Shown one piece after another: positions 1 through 9,217 of a stretch of DNA of 64,000 bases. The DNA comes from Candidatus Omnitrophota bacterium (GTDB lineage: Bacteria > Omnitrophota > Gorgyraeia > Zapsychrales > Zapsychraceae). A program made the position numbers and the translations under genes. Below the pieces are notes generated by a model. The model ran no database searches. It was not told the origin of the DNA and saw nothing but the letters and a program-made list of their open reading frames with translations. The stretch is taken from the NCBI GenBank assembly GCA_015233405.1, contig JADFXT010000012.1, forward strand, positions 2,075 through 66,074, in the 5' to 3' direction. How positions within the stretch are numbered: position 1 is the stretch's first letter; the number at the start of each line of letters is the position of its first letter.

Positions 1-333
1 CGGCAAATGGCGGTCGATGCCAAAAACCTTCCGGATAAATTACAAGCCGAAAACATGCTGACCGGAACGTTGCGCTCGCTTTTTGCTGTTGCCGAGAATT
101 ATCCGAACTTGAAAGCTGACCAACAGATGCTGAGGCTTCAGGAAGAACTTACCACGACGGAAAATAAGATCGCTTTCGCGCGTCAGTATTATAACGATGA
201 AGTGAATCGCTTGAACGTAGCGGTCCAGACATTCCCTGATTCCGTTGTCGCCGGTATGTGCGGTTTCCAGAAAGCGGAGTTTTTTCAGGTCGATAATCCT
301 GAAGACCGTCAGGCCCCGCAAGTTAAATTCTAA
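1..333 (+). CDS. lemA: LemA family protein, C-terminal part (5' end lies outside the window)
   Basis: Frame 1 is open from base 1. The translation NYPNLKADQQMLRLQEELTTTENKIAFARQYYNDEVNRLN is the typical LemA helical region. Stop at 331-333. Confidence 0.8.
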   Translation, partial: RQMAVDAKNLPDKLQAENMLTGTLRSLFAVAENYPNLKADQQMLRLQEELTTTENKIAFARQYYNDEVNRLNVAVQTFPDSVVAGMCGFQKAEFFQVDNPEDRQAPQVKF

Positions 334-335
334 GC

Positions 336-1874
336 ATGCCCTATTCGTTTACGCAAATCGAAAAGGAAAAATCGGCCATTATTGTTTATGTGGCAGGATT
401 CCTTGTCCTTTTGTATCTTGTTATTAGCGGGCTCATCGCCATTCTCTTGAATATTTTTTTTCGTCGGTCTCTTTTTCTAAGCCCTGAAGAATGGCTTTTG
501 ATTGCCACGATTTCAATCGCCTTGGCGATTGCGCATTATTATTTCTCAACGGGCGATTTGACGGGAAAGATTCTCAGGGCTTTACGCGCCAGGCCGGTTA
601 ATATTTCCAATGAGCGAGAGATGCTGTTTCGTAATATTGTCGACGAGGTCTCTGTCGCTACCGGCGGAGTTTTTATGGATACCTGTATTTTGCCGGTGCC
701 TTCGATGAACGCTTTTTCTATCGATGATACGGATTCCACCCCTGTGATAGGTATTACGGAAGGGGCACTTTTGAAGCTTTCCCGTGCGCAATTGGAGGCG
801 GTGGTGGCGCATGAGGCCGCGCATATTGTTAGCGGAGATTGTTGGCAGACAACTCTGATTTCTTCGATCTTTGAAGTCTACAAAACGTTCTTCGCCGCCA
901 TCAAGAATGCTATTTTCGATCGCGATCAGCATGAAAAAGATTATAATTTGCTAGGACGCGCCAGTGGGAATGTCGTCAACCTGATTATGCGGATGGCATT
1001 TAATACGCCGGTTTTGATCGTTTACGCTGTTCTCATTATTCTTATTGTCATTGTTATTTTTATTTTAGCGCTATTGGCCAATTTGCTTAAAATGTTTATT
1101 TCCCGTGAGCGCGAATACCGGGCCGATGCCATTGCCACTCGCCTGACCCGTGATCCGTCCAGTTTGGCCGAGGCCTTAGGGATTATCTCGAGATATTGGC
1201 GCGGACAGGGATTTTCCTGGGATGGCATGGAAGGCATTTTTATTATTAACCCGCGCTTTACCGGCCTCGATGAAAGCGAAGGGTTCTTTGCAGATCTATT
1301 TTCAACACATCCGCCGGTGCAAAGAAGGATCGACGTTCTTTTAAATATCGCTCATGCTTCCCCGGAAGATTTTGAACAAAAAATAACGGAGTCCTTAAAT
1401 AAAATAAAACAAGAAGACCAAAAAGAAGATGCGTATGCCAAGGTTCCTACGCTAAGCAGCCTTAAGAAGGAGCCTTCCCACAGTTGCCCGACGTGCCAGG
1501 GGCCTTTAAAAGAAATTTTATATGAAAATATAAAACTTCTAAAATGTGAGATTTGTTCGGGGCATTTTGTAGGAGAAGACCAGATCTCTGTTATTTTTAA
1601 TAGGCGCATTGAGCAGTTTTCTGAACATGTAAAATTAAGAGCAAAGCTCATTCAATTTCCCGGCGAGAATTTTATTGTGGAAAATCAGATAGCGATCGGC
1701 CCCTTAGAGTGCCCGTGTTGCTGGCCTCCGAAGAAAATGGTCCGCCGTCTTTTTAACCGCTATTATCCCGTCGAAGTGGATAAGTGCCCGTCTTGTCGAG
1801 GGATATGGTTTGAGCGCGAAGAGCTCGAGCTTATTCAATACCTTTTTGAAAGTAAGAATCCGGTTTTATCATGA
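336..1874 (+). CDS. M48-family (HtpX-like) zinc metallopeptidase with two C-terminal zinc-ribbon modules
   Basis: HEXXH motif as AHEAAHIV. Several hydrophobic TM stretches. C-terminal CPTC..CEIC and CPCC..CPSCRGIWFEREELE pairs. ATG lies 3 nt after the lemA stop. Confidence 0.8.
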   Translation: MPYSFTQIEKEKSAIIVYVAGFLVLLYLVISGLIAILLNIFFRRSLFLSPEEWLLIATISIALAIAHYYFSTGDLTGKILRALRARPVNISNEREMLFRNIVDEVSVATGGVFMDTCILPVPSMNAFSIDDTDSTPVIGITEGALLKLSRAQLEAVVAHEAAHIVSGDCWQTTLISSIFEVYKTFFAAIKNAIFDRDQHEKDYNLLGRASGNVVNLIMRMAFNTPVLIVYAVLIILIVIVIFILALLANLLKMFISREREYRADAIATRLTRDPSSLAEALGIISRYWRGQGFSWDGMEGIFIINPRFTGLDESEGFFADLFSTHPPVQRRIDVLLNIAHASPEDFEQKITESLNKIKQEDQKEDAYAKVPTLSSLKKEPSHSCPTCQGPLKEILYENIKLLKCEICSGHFVGEDQISVIFNRRIEQFSEHVKLRAKLIQFPGENFIVENQIAIGPLECPCCWPPKKMVRRLFNRYYPVEVDKCPSCRGIWFEREELELIQYLFESKNPVLS

Positions 1875-3955
1875 ATCCATTAGCTAATATTTCTGTCCAA
1901 TTCGTCAAAGGCGTTGGCCCGGCCCGAGCAAAATTGTTTTCGAACCTTGGGATTGAAAACATCGAAGACCTTTTGTATTTTTTTCCTCGGCGCTATGAAG
2001 ACCGCCGGAATATTACGCCGATCAAACAACTAAAACTCGGGGAATGGCAGACCGTAACGGGAAAGATCTTGAATTTCGATGCCCGTCGCAGCTGGTTTAC
2101 GAAAAAGCATGTCACGGAAATTTTTATCGACGACGGGACTGGGCGGATCGCGTGCGTGTGGTTTAATCAGCCGTATCTCAACCGCTATTTTAAGCCGGAT
2201 AAAAAAATTGTCTGTTACGGCAAGTTGGATTTGTATAAAAATCGGCTTCAAATGGTTTCGCCGGAATATGAGGTCATCGAATCTGAAGAGGATGATTCTT
2301 TGAGTTTGAATCGTATCGTGCCACTCTACCCACTGACCAGAGGAATGACTCATCGGTTTCTACGAAAAGTTGTCCGTGCTTGTTTGGATAAATTCAAAAA
2401 TCAAATCTCCGACGAGCTTCCGGTGTCGTTACGGAACAAGCTGCGGCTGCCGAATATTAAGCGTTGTATCGAAGAAATCCATTACCCTCCGGATGACAAA
2501 GCGCAAGAAGAGTCCATGCGCAGGATTTCCTTCGAGGAGTTTTATTTCTTTCAAGTGGCCATCATGCTACGGCGGCAAAGCATTACGCAGAAAAAAGGCG
2601 TGAGCCATAAAATCGGGGACATTTCTATCTTGAATTTTATCAATGGGTTTCCTTTTACCTTGACTCAGGCGCAGAAGAAAGTCATTCGGGAGATCCGTGA
2701 AGATATGCAAAAAGAAACGCCGATGCTGCGCTTGCTTCAAGGAGATGTCGGCTGCGGAAAGACTTTGGTCGCATTGTTCGGCTGTTTGGCCGCTTTTGAA
2801 AACGGCTGTCAATCTGCGCTCATGGCCCCGACGGAAATCCTGGCACGCCAGCATTATGATAATATTGTTAATCTCATCGAGAATGGCCCGTTAAAAGGAA
2901 TGCGTGCGGCACTACTTATCAGTGGATTAAAGAAGAAAGATAAAGATGAGCTTTATCAAAAAATCGCCGGTGGAGACATCGATCTTGTCATCGGAACGCA
3001 TGCGCTTTTAAGCGAATCAGTGGTTTTTAAAAATTTAAGTTATGTCGTCATTGACGAACAGCACAAGTTTGGTGTGCGCCAGCGCGCTTTATTGACGGAG
3101 AAAGGAAAGAATCCGGATGTGCTGATCATGACCGCGACCCCGATTCCCCGGACCCTATGCATCACGCTTTATGGGGATCTGGATATTTCCATTATTGATG
3201 AGATCCCTCCCGGACGAGGAAAAATCGAGACCAGGCTTTTTGACGACGAGAAAAGTAGTGAAGTTTATGATCTGGTCAAGTCCAAGCTTAAAGAAGGCCG
3301 GCAGGCATATATTGTCTATCCGATCATCGAAGAATCTGAGCAGACCGATTTAAAAGCCGCGGAACAGATGTATAAGAAATTTAAAAAGGATGAATTTAAG
3401 GATTACTGCGTCGGACTTATTCACGGCCGGCTTAAGGAAGAAGAGACGGAAAGCCTGATGCAACGTTTTAAGAATAAAGAAATCGATGTCTTGGTCTCGA
3501 CAACCGTTTTAGAGGTTGGCGTGGATGTCCCTAACGCGACGGTCATGGTTATTGAGCATGCGGAGCGCTTTGGCCTTTCTCAGCTGCATCAATTGCGGGG
3601 GCGTATCGGCCGGGGTGAATATGCATCGGAGTGCCTGCTGATTGCGGATGTTGCCACACCGGAGGCGCAGCATCGATTAAAAGCGATCCTGTCGACGACC
3701 GATGGATTTGAGATCGCAAAGCAAGATTTGCTTTTACGCGGGCCAGGGCATTATTTCGGCCGGCACCAGCACGGGTTAAATGAACTTAAGGTCGCGAACC
3801 CGGCGACGCAGCTGGATATTTTGGAATTAGCGCGCAATGAGGCACTTGAACTTATGCGAGAAGATGCTAAATTAGAAAAAGAAGAACACCGGATGATCCG
3901 GCAAATTGTTCAGCGCCGTTATCCGACATATCTAGCGATGGCAAAGGCAGGGTAA
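1871..3955 (+). CDS. recG: ATP-dependent DNA helicase RecG
   Basis: Walker A GDVGCGKT, DEQH box (VVIDEQHKFG), TATPIPRT and QLHQLRGRIGRG. About 690 aa with an N-terminal wedge-type region. ATGA overlap with the upstream gene. Confidence 0.9.
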   Translation: MNPLANISVQFVKGVGPARAKLFSNLGIENIEDLLYFFPRRYEDRRNITPIKQLKLGEWQTVTGKILNFDARRSWFTKKHVTEIFIDDGTGRIACVWFNQPYLNRYFKPDKKIVCYGKLDLYKNRLQMVSPEYEVIESEEDDSLSLNRIVPLYPLTRGMTHRFLRKVVRACLDKFKNQISDELPVSLRNKLRLPNIKRCIEEIHYPPDDKAQEESMRRISFEEFYFFQVAIMLRRQSITQKKGVSHKIGDISILNFINGFPFTLTQAQKKVIREIREDMQKETPMLRLLQGDVGCGKTLVALFGCLAAFENGCQSALMAPTEILARQHYDNIVNLIENGPLKGMRAALLISGLKKKDKDELYQKIAGGDIDLVIGTHALLSESVVFKNLSYVVIDEQHKFGVRQRALLTEKGKNPDVLIMTATPIPRTLCITLYGDLDISIIDEIPPGRGKIETRLFDDEKSSEVYDLVKSKLKEGRQAYIVYPIIEESEQTDLKAAEQMYKKFKKDEFKDYCVGLIHGRLKEEETESLMQRFKNKEIDVLVSTTVLEVGVDVPNATVMVIEHAERFGLSQLHQLRGRIGRGEYASECLLIADVATPEAQHRLKAILSTTDGFEIAKQDLLLRGPGHYFGRHQHGLNELKVANPATQLDILELARNEALELMREDAKLEKEEHRMIRQIVQRRYPTYLAMAKAG

Positions 3956-4027
3956 TTAACTAAAAATATAAAATTAATATGGAGATCCTTGCTCGGCATT
4001 TTATTTGTCGCCTCGCAGGATAAATTC

Positions 4028-4070
4028 GCTCAGCTAACTTATGTTCGCTGACGCTCCATAAGTTAGGAGC
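4028..4070 (+). terminator. Hairpin downstream of recG (possible terminator)
   Basis: ctaacttatg (4034-4043) pairs perfectly with cataagttag (4057-4066), extended by gctc/gagc. There is no clean U-tract, so the function is uncertain. Confidence 0.3.
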
Positions 4071-4165
4071 TCATTTATGCCTGATTTTTCTGTTTAGTTT
4101 TTAGCAGAAATCAGTGCTATCCCAATTTCATCTTTAGATTGGGAAAATTATTAAGGAGAATTGGG

Positions 4166-4744
4166 ATGAAAATTCTAGGCGGGAAGTTTAAAAATCGAAA
4201 TTTTTTTATGCCAAAGGATTTGAGGCCTTCACAAAATATTATTCGTAAGGCCATCTTTGATATCCTCGGCAATGATCTCTCCGGACTGACTTTTCTAGAC
4301 CTTTTTGCCGGAAGCGGGGCTTTTGGGTTGGAGGCCCTTTCCAGAGGTGCCAAGAAAGTCGTGTTTATTGAAAGAGACATGAAAAATTTTGAGGTTATAC
4401 AGGAAAATATTAGCATGCTGCCTTTTGAAATGGGCTTAGATGGCTTTTGGCCGTATTCTCTTTTGAACTCAGATGTCTTTGCTACGATCAAGGTGTTGGC
4501 GGCCAAAGGGGAAAAATTCGATGTTATTGCCTTTGACCCGCCGTATGGGGAAGGATTGGGGAAAAAGGTCTTGAAAACGTTAAATGCCTATGATATATTA
4601 CACCCCTCTTGCGTCGTCATTGCCGAGCATTCAAGACGTGAAATTCTACCTGAAGTCGAAGGTAGAATTCGTCTTTTTAGGAAGAAAGTTTACGGAAATA
4701 CACTGTTAAGTATTTATAAAAAGGATAGTTCGTGTCCCGCATAG
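4166..4744 (+). CDS. rsmD: 16S rRNA (guanine966-N2)-methyltransferase RsmD
   Basis: SAM motif LDLFAGSGAFGLEALSRGA and DPPY motif (AFDPPYG). Start placed at ATG 4166 behind AAGGAG; the track start at 4139 is probably an upstream extension. Confidence 0.8.
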   Translation: MKILGGKFKNRNFFMPKDLRPSQNIIRKAIFDILGNDLSGLTFLDLFAGSGAFGLEALSRGAKKVVFIERDMKNFEVIQENISMLPFEMGLDGFWPYSLLNSDVFATIKVLAAKGEKFDVIAFDPPYGEGLGKKVLKTLNAYDILHPSCVVIAEHSRREILPEVEGRIRLFRKKVYGNTLLSIYKKDSSCPA

Positions 4745-5217
4745 CTATATATCCCGGCACTTTTGATCCCTTAACGTATGGCCACTTGGATGTTATCAAG
4801 CGCGCCTGCCATATTTATGATAAAGTGATTGTGGCGGTGGCCAAGGATTCCAGAAAAAAGCTCCTTTTTAGCTGGGAGGACCGCGTTGAAATGGTCCAAC
4901 AGTCGACCAAGGGGATAAAAAATTTAAAGGTGGAAGTTTTTAGCGGGCTTGTGATTGAGTTTGCGAAGAAAAATAATGTGAACGTTTTGATTCGTGGCTT
5001 ACGGATGATTTCAGATTTCGAATATGAACTTCAGATGGCCTTGACCAACCGCCGTCTGGATGGATCGATTGAGACGATCTTTTTGATGCCTTCTGAAGGA
5101 TATTCCTTTTTGTCGTCGTCGTTGATCAAAGAAGCCCTTCAGTTGGGTGCGGATATTTCTTCTTTTGTCCCTAAGGTGGTTGAGAAGAAGCTTAAAGAAA
5201 AACTTTGCTTGAAGTAG
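4732..5217 (+). CDS. coaD: Phosphopantetheine adenylyltransferase
   Basis: AIYPGTFDPLTYGHLDV (HxGH-type nucleotidyltransferase motif), ISDFEYE, about 160 aa. GTG start overlaps the rsmD end. Confidence 0.9.
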   Translation: MSRIAIYPGTFDPLTYGHLDVIKRACHIYDKVIVAVAKDSRKKLLFSWEDRVEMVQQSTKGIKNLKVEVFSGLVIEFAKKNNVNVLIRGLRMISDFEYELQMALTNRRLDGSIETIFLMPSEGYSFLSSSLIKEALQLGADISSFVPKVVEKKLKEKLCLK

Positions 5218-5229
5218 AGGATTTAAGCT

Positions 5230-5646
5230 ATGCGCATTTATATTAAAAATATTCGTCCTGAAGGCACGGAAATCAATGAGAAATTTTCTGCTGAAAAATT
5301 AGAGTTGGCCGAAGTCGATGGCGTTGAGATTAAGGAGCCTTTAGAGGTTTTTGGGACTGTGGAAAAATCCGGTGAGACCGTGATCGTTCGATTAAAAACG
5401 TCCGGCAAGTTTTCGTTCGCGTGTTCCCGGTGTCTTGAGCCCGTCGATAAAGTTTTAGAGAAGGAAGTCTTTTTAGATTATGCGATTGACCGTACCATGC
5501 TTTTTATTGACATCGCCGACGATATTCGCCAGGAAGTTATGTTGAACTTTCCGGAGAAGGTTTTATGCAGGAAAGATTGTAGAGGGATTTGCCCCGATTG
5601 CGGAGCGAATTTAAACGCGGAAAAATGCAGATGTAGAAAAAAGTGA
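5230..5646 (+). CDS. YceD/DUF177 family protein
   Basis: Conserved position immediately upstream of rpmF. Cys pairs CSRC and CPDC..CRC. About 138 aa. Confidence 0.7.
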   Translation: MRIYIKNIRPEGTEINEKFSAEKLELAEVDGVEIKEPLEVFGTVEKSGETVIVRLKTSGKFSFACSRCLEPVDKVLEKEVFLDYAIDRTMLFIDIADDIRQEVMLNFPEKVLCRKDCRGICPDCGANLNAEKCRCRKK

Positions 5647-5691
5647 TCAGTCCTGATCGCTGACTACTTAATTTAAAGGAGAATAAGAGTA

Positions 5692-5895
5692 ATGCCAAAT
5701 CCAAAACGTCAACATTCGAAACAACGTCAAAGAAAACGCCGCACGCATTATAAGATAACCCTTTCGGGCTTAAGCGCGTGTTCGAATTGCAAGAAGCCGG
5801 TCCTTTCCCATAGAGTGTGTCCGTTCTGCGGATTCTATAAGGGCAAGCCGGTCATCGTTGCTAAAGAGAAAAAAGAGAAAGAAACAAAATCTTAA
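5692..5895 (+). CDS. rpmF: 50S ribosomal protein L32
   Basis: MPNPKRQHSKQRQRKRRTH N-terminus and CxxC..CxxC zinc ribbon. AGGAG-type RBS upstream. Confidence 0.9.
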   Translation: MPNPKRQHSKQRQRKRRTHYKITLSGLSACSNCKKPVLSHRVCPFCGFYKGKPVIVAKEKKEKETKS

Positions 5896-5913
5896 GTATT
5901 TAGGTAAGTGGCT

Positions 5914-6028
5914 GAAATTCGAAATCCGAAAATCGAAATTCGAAACAAAAGACAAAAAATAAGATCCTAATGTTTAAATTTTTTGATTTCGGATTTGTTT
6001 CGAGCTTCGTGTTTCGGATTTAGAATTC
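5914..6028. repeat. Imperfect inverted repeat, about 45 bp per arm, built from TCGAAA-like units
   Basis: Left arm gaaattcgaaatccgaaaatcgaaattcgaaacaaa. The reverse complement of the right arm (5983-6028) is gaattctaaatccgaaacacgaagctcgaaacaaatccgaaatcaaa. Confidence 0.6.
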
Positions 6029-6045
6029 TAAAAGAAGGAGTTTTT

Positions 6046-7044
6046 GTGAAAATAGTCGTTGATGCTATGGGTGGAGATTACGCCCCGCAAGCGGTGATCG
6101 AAGGGGTTGTTGCAGCCGTCAAGGAATTTAACGTTCACATCATTCTCGTCGGCCGTCAGGATGAAATGATCGCCGAGCTTTCCAAATATCAATATCCAAA
6201 AGAAAAAATCGAGCTCGTTCATGCCTCTGAAGTCGTTGAGATGCACGACCACGCCACGGTCAGTATCCGAAAGAAGAAAGATTCGTCCATCTCGGTAGGC
6301 TTAAGGCTCATGAAAGAAAAAGGCTATGATGCGTTTATCAGCGCCGGAAATACCGGCGGGGTTGTTGCGGCGTCTGCGTATAATTTAGGGATGCTTGAAG
6401 GTGTTGAGCGTCCGGCCATAGGTCTTGTAGTCCCGACCTTAAAGAAGTTTTCTTTCCTTATCGACGTGGGGGCGAATACCGAATCCAAACAGGAACATCT
6501 TTTTCAGTCGGCGTTAATGGCAAATATTTATACCCGAGAAGTCTTGGGCGTTCAGAATCCGGCCATCGGACTTTTGAATATCGGCGAGGAATCGAGTAAG
6601 GGGAGCGGTTTTGAGAAAGAAGCGCACAAGATGATGGAAGAGCGCCTGCCGAACTTTATCGGTAACGTCGAGGCCAATGAAGTTTTTACCGGCAAGGCAG
6701 ATTGTATTATCTGCGACGGGTTTGTGGGGAATATCGTGATTAAGGTCGCTGAAGGTTTGATGGAATCAGCCTCTGCGCTTATGCGTCGGGAAATTGCCAA
6801 AAGTCCAATTGCTATTTTAGGCGCCATGATGATGAAAAGCCGGTTGGCCTATATCAAGAAATTTGCAGACTATTCAGAATACGGCGGCGCCCCATTGCTC
6901 GGCGTCAATGGTCTTGTCATGATCGGCCACGGCCGCTCGTCGCCCAAGGCCATCAAGAACGCCATTCGCGCTACCATGCGTGAAGTTGAACATAATATCA
7001 TTGACGTGATGATCAAAGAAATTGCAGGAAAGACCAGCCCTTAA
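6046..7044 (+). CDS. plsX: Phosphate acyltransferase PlsX
   Basis: VKIVVDAMGGDYAPQ N-terminus, ISAGNTGG, GAPLLGVNG. GTG 6046 is preceded by GAAGGAG. The track start at 5983 lies inside the inverted repeat. Confidence 0.9.
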   Translation: MKIVVDAMGGDYAPQAVIEGVVAAVKEFNVHIILVGRQDEMIAELSKYQYPKEKIELVHASEVVEMHDHATVSIRKKKDSSISVGLRLMKEKGYDAFISAGNTGGVVAASAYNLGMLEGVERPAIGLVVPTLKKFSFLIDVGANTESKQEHLFQSALMANIYTREVLGVQNPAIGLLNIGEESSKGSGFEKEAHKMMEERLPNFIGNVEANEVFTGKADCIICDGFVGNIVIKVAEGLMESASALMRREIAKSPIAILGAMMMKSRLAYIKKFADYSEYGGAPLLGVNGLVMIGHGRSSPKAIKNAIRATMREVEHNIIDVMIKEIAGKTSP

Positions 7045-7052
7045 TCCGCGCC

Positions 7053-8042
7053 ATGACGAACAGCCCATCTCATATCGGTATTATTTCCTTAGGCCATTAT
7101 GTCCCCAAAAGAGTCCTGACCAATCGCGATCTCGAAAAACTCGTCGAGACATCAGACGAATGGATCGTGACCCGTACCGGGATTAATGAGCGGCATGTGG
7201 CCGCAAAAGGCGAGCGCACATGTGATATGGCGTCTTTGGCCGCGCAAGAAGCCCTGGCCAAGGCCGGGATGACGGCTGATCAAATTGAACTTATTATTGT
7301 GGCCACAGCCACGCCTGACCATAATTTTCCGTCGACAGCATGTCTTGTCCAAAAAGCGATCGGCGCTTCCAAGGCGGCCGCGTTTGATCTCAGCGCAGCC
7401 TGCTCGGGATTTCTTTTTGCGTTTACGACCGCAGAACAATTTTTAAAAACAGGGCTTTATAAAAATGCGCTGGTGATCGCCGCTGAGAAAATGACGCGTA
7501 TCCTCGATTGGAACGACCGCTCGACGTGCGTTTTATTTGGCGACGGGGCAGGGGCTTGCATCTTGGCTCCGGTTAAAGGTAAAAGCGGGATCCTTTCAGA
7601 TTATCTTCATGCCAAAGGCGAATTCGCGGACATGATGTATGTCTCGACGTACCGTAAGAAACCCTGCGACCAGGCGAACACGCTAATCCAGGCGCCGCAC
7701 ATCATCATGCACGGCCAGGAGTTGTTTAAGATCGCGGTCAATTCAATGGCGGAGGCTATCGAAATCGCTGCGCAAAAAGCCGGCATAAAACTTTCCGATA
7801 TCGATTGCATCGTCCCGCATCAGGCCAATGACCGGATTATTTCCGCGATCGCCAAAAAGCTCGACGTGCCTAAAGAAAAAGTTTTTATCAATATTCAAAA
7901 ATATGGGAACATGTCGGCCGCCTCCATCGCGGTTGCGCTTTATGAAGCAGTGGAAGAAGGCAGGATCAAAAAAGGCGATACGGTCGCGCTCGTCACCTTT
8001 GGCGCCGGGCTCGTCGTTGCAGCGAATATTGTGAAGTGGTAA
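7053..8042 (+). CDS. fabH: 3-oxoacyl-ACP synthase III
   Basis: Active-site Cys in SAACSGF, His in VPHQAN, Asn in YGNMSAAS. About 329 aa. Confidence 0.9.
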   Translation: MTNSPSHIGIISLGHYVPKRVLTNRDLEKLVETSDEWIVTRTGINERHVAAKGERTCDMASLAAQEALAKAGMTADQIELIIVATATPDHNFPSTACLVQKAIGASKAAAFDLSAACSGFLFAFTTAEQFLKTGLYKNALVIAAEKMTRILDWNDRSTCVLFGDGAGACILAPVKGKSGILSDYLHAKGEFADMMYVSTYRKKPCDQANTLIQAPHIIMHGQELFKIAVNSMAEAIEIAAQKAGIKLSDIDCIVPHQANDRIISAIAKKLDVPKEKVFINIQKYGNMSAASIAVALYEAVEEGRIKKGDTVALVTFGAGLVVAANIVKW

Positions 8043-8052
8043 CCACCTTTTG

Positions 8053-8142
8053 CTGTCATTCCCGCGAAAGTGGGAATCCAGTTAACCCATTAAGGTTTTA
8101 AAGAAAAAGCATTCCTGGATCTCCGCTTTCGCGGAGATGACA
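8053..8142. repeat. Pair of REP-like GNRA-capped hairpins in opposite orientation
   Basis: ctgtcattcccgcgaaagtgggaatccag (8053-8081) and cctggatctccgctttcgcggagatgacaa (8115-8142) are near reverse complements. Each folds as an 8-bp stem with a GAAA loop. Confidence 0.7.
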
Positions 8143-8178
8143 AAAAACAGGATGAGAAGATTTGAAAGGATTTCATTA

Positions 8179-9099
8179 ATGACCAACGTCGCACTTATCT
8201 TTCCCGGCCAAGGCGCGCAAGCGGTTGGCATGGGTAAAGAATTTTATGAAGCTTCTCCACAAGCCAAAGCCATTTTTGATGAGGCTAATAACGTTATCCC
8301 GGGATTGACCGATGTCATTTTTAACGGACCACAAGAGAAGCTTACCTCGACGGCATTTTGCCAGCCCGCGATTTTTACCTATAGTGTTGCCGCGCTTAAA
8401 GCGCTCGAAGTCCATCCAAAATATAAAAACATTTCCCCGAAATTTGTTTGCGGATTAAGTTTAGGCGAATGTTCCGCGGTCGTTGCTTCTGGCGCTACGA
8501 GTTTTGAGGCGTTCTTAAAGATCGTCGAGCGTCGTGCCGCATTTATGGAAGAGGCCACCCAATTAAATAAGGGGACCATGGCTGCGGTTATCGGGTTGGA
8601 AAAAGAAAAGATCGTCGCTATTTGTCAAGAAATCGGGGCTCAAGTGGCTAATTTTAATGCGCCGGATCAGATTGTCATTACAGGAGAAGTGGATAAAGTC
8701 TTGGCCGCCAGTGAAAAAATAAAAGAGGCTGGCGCGAAGCGCGTTATTCCTTTAGAAGTTTCCGGAGCGTTTCACTCGACGCTCATGCAGCCGGCCACGC
8801 CAAAATTTGCTAAAGAGCTAAGCACTCTTTCTATTCAGAAACCTTTGGTCCCGATCATCAGTAACGTCGACGCTAAGCCGACCGACGATCCTGAGATCAT
8901 TCGCGCCAATTTGGCGAAACAAATCACTTCTTCCGTTTTATGGGTGGATACGATTCAATTTATCGCTGCTCAAGGCGTCACACATTTTATTGAAATCGGG
9001 CCGGGTACGGTGCTTAAAGGCCTCATCCGTAAGATCAATAAAGATTTGAATGTTTATAATATCCAGCAGCCGCAAGACATCGAAGCTCTTCCGTTTTAA
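8179..9099 (+). CDS. fabD: Malonyl-CoA-ACP transacylase
   Basis: IFPGQGAQ, GLSLGE (active Ser), GAFHS. Start placed at ATG 8179 because the track start at 8137 sits inside the REP-like hairpin. Confidence 0.9.
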   Translation: MTNVALIFPGQGAQAVGMGKEFYEASPQAKAIFDEANNVIPGLTDVIFNGPQEKLTSTAFCQPAIFTYSVAALKALEVHPKYKNISPKFVCGLSLGECSAVVASGATSFEAFLKIVERRAAFMEEATQLNKGTMAAVIGLEKEKIVAICQEIGAQVANFNAPDQIVITGEVDKVLAASEKIKEAGAKRVIPLEVSGAFHSTLMQPATPKFAKELSTLSIQKPLVPIISNVDAKPTDDPEIIRANLAKQITSSVLWVDTIQFIAAQGVTHFIEIGPGTVLKGLIRKINKDLNVYNIQQPQDIEALPF

Positions 9100-9143
9100 C
9101 TTTCTCCTATTCCCTTTCTTTCCAATAATTTACACAAAACATC

Positions 9144-9171
9144 TTGTTAACAAAATCCTTTCTTTTATAAT
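9144..9171 (+). promoter_or_regulatory. Candidate sigma70-type promoter for the FabZ-like/KS cluster
   Basis: TTGTTA (9144-9149), 16-nt spacer, TATAAT (9166-9171). It sits inside a 112-nt very AT-rich gap after fabD. Confidence 0.4.
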
Positions 9172-9217
9172 AATTAATAATATTAATTAATAACTAATAA
9201 TAAACCTTTTTGTGCTT

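Noticed and set aside
3990-4030. Similarity between gcctcgcagg at about 4010 and the reverse complement of cctgcgagg at about 55071, as a dispersed repeat.
   Set aside because: Only about 9 nt are shared and the flanks do not align convincingly by eye.
8137-8178. Upstream start codons offered by the ORF track for fabD (8137), plsX (5983), the 22969 ORF, rsmD (4139), the methyltransferase (27578), the SPASM protein (39051) and the GT2 (40050).
   Set aside because: These extensions fall inside REP hairpins, inverted repeats, a promoter or the preceding gene, and they add non-conserved residues. Internal ATG or GTG codons with good Shine-Dalgarno sequences fit the conserved N-termini better.
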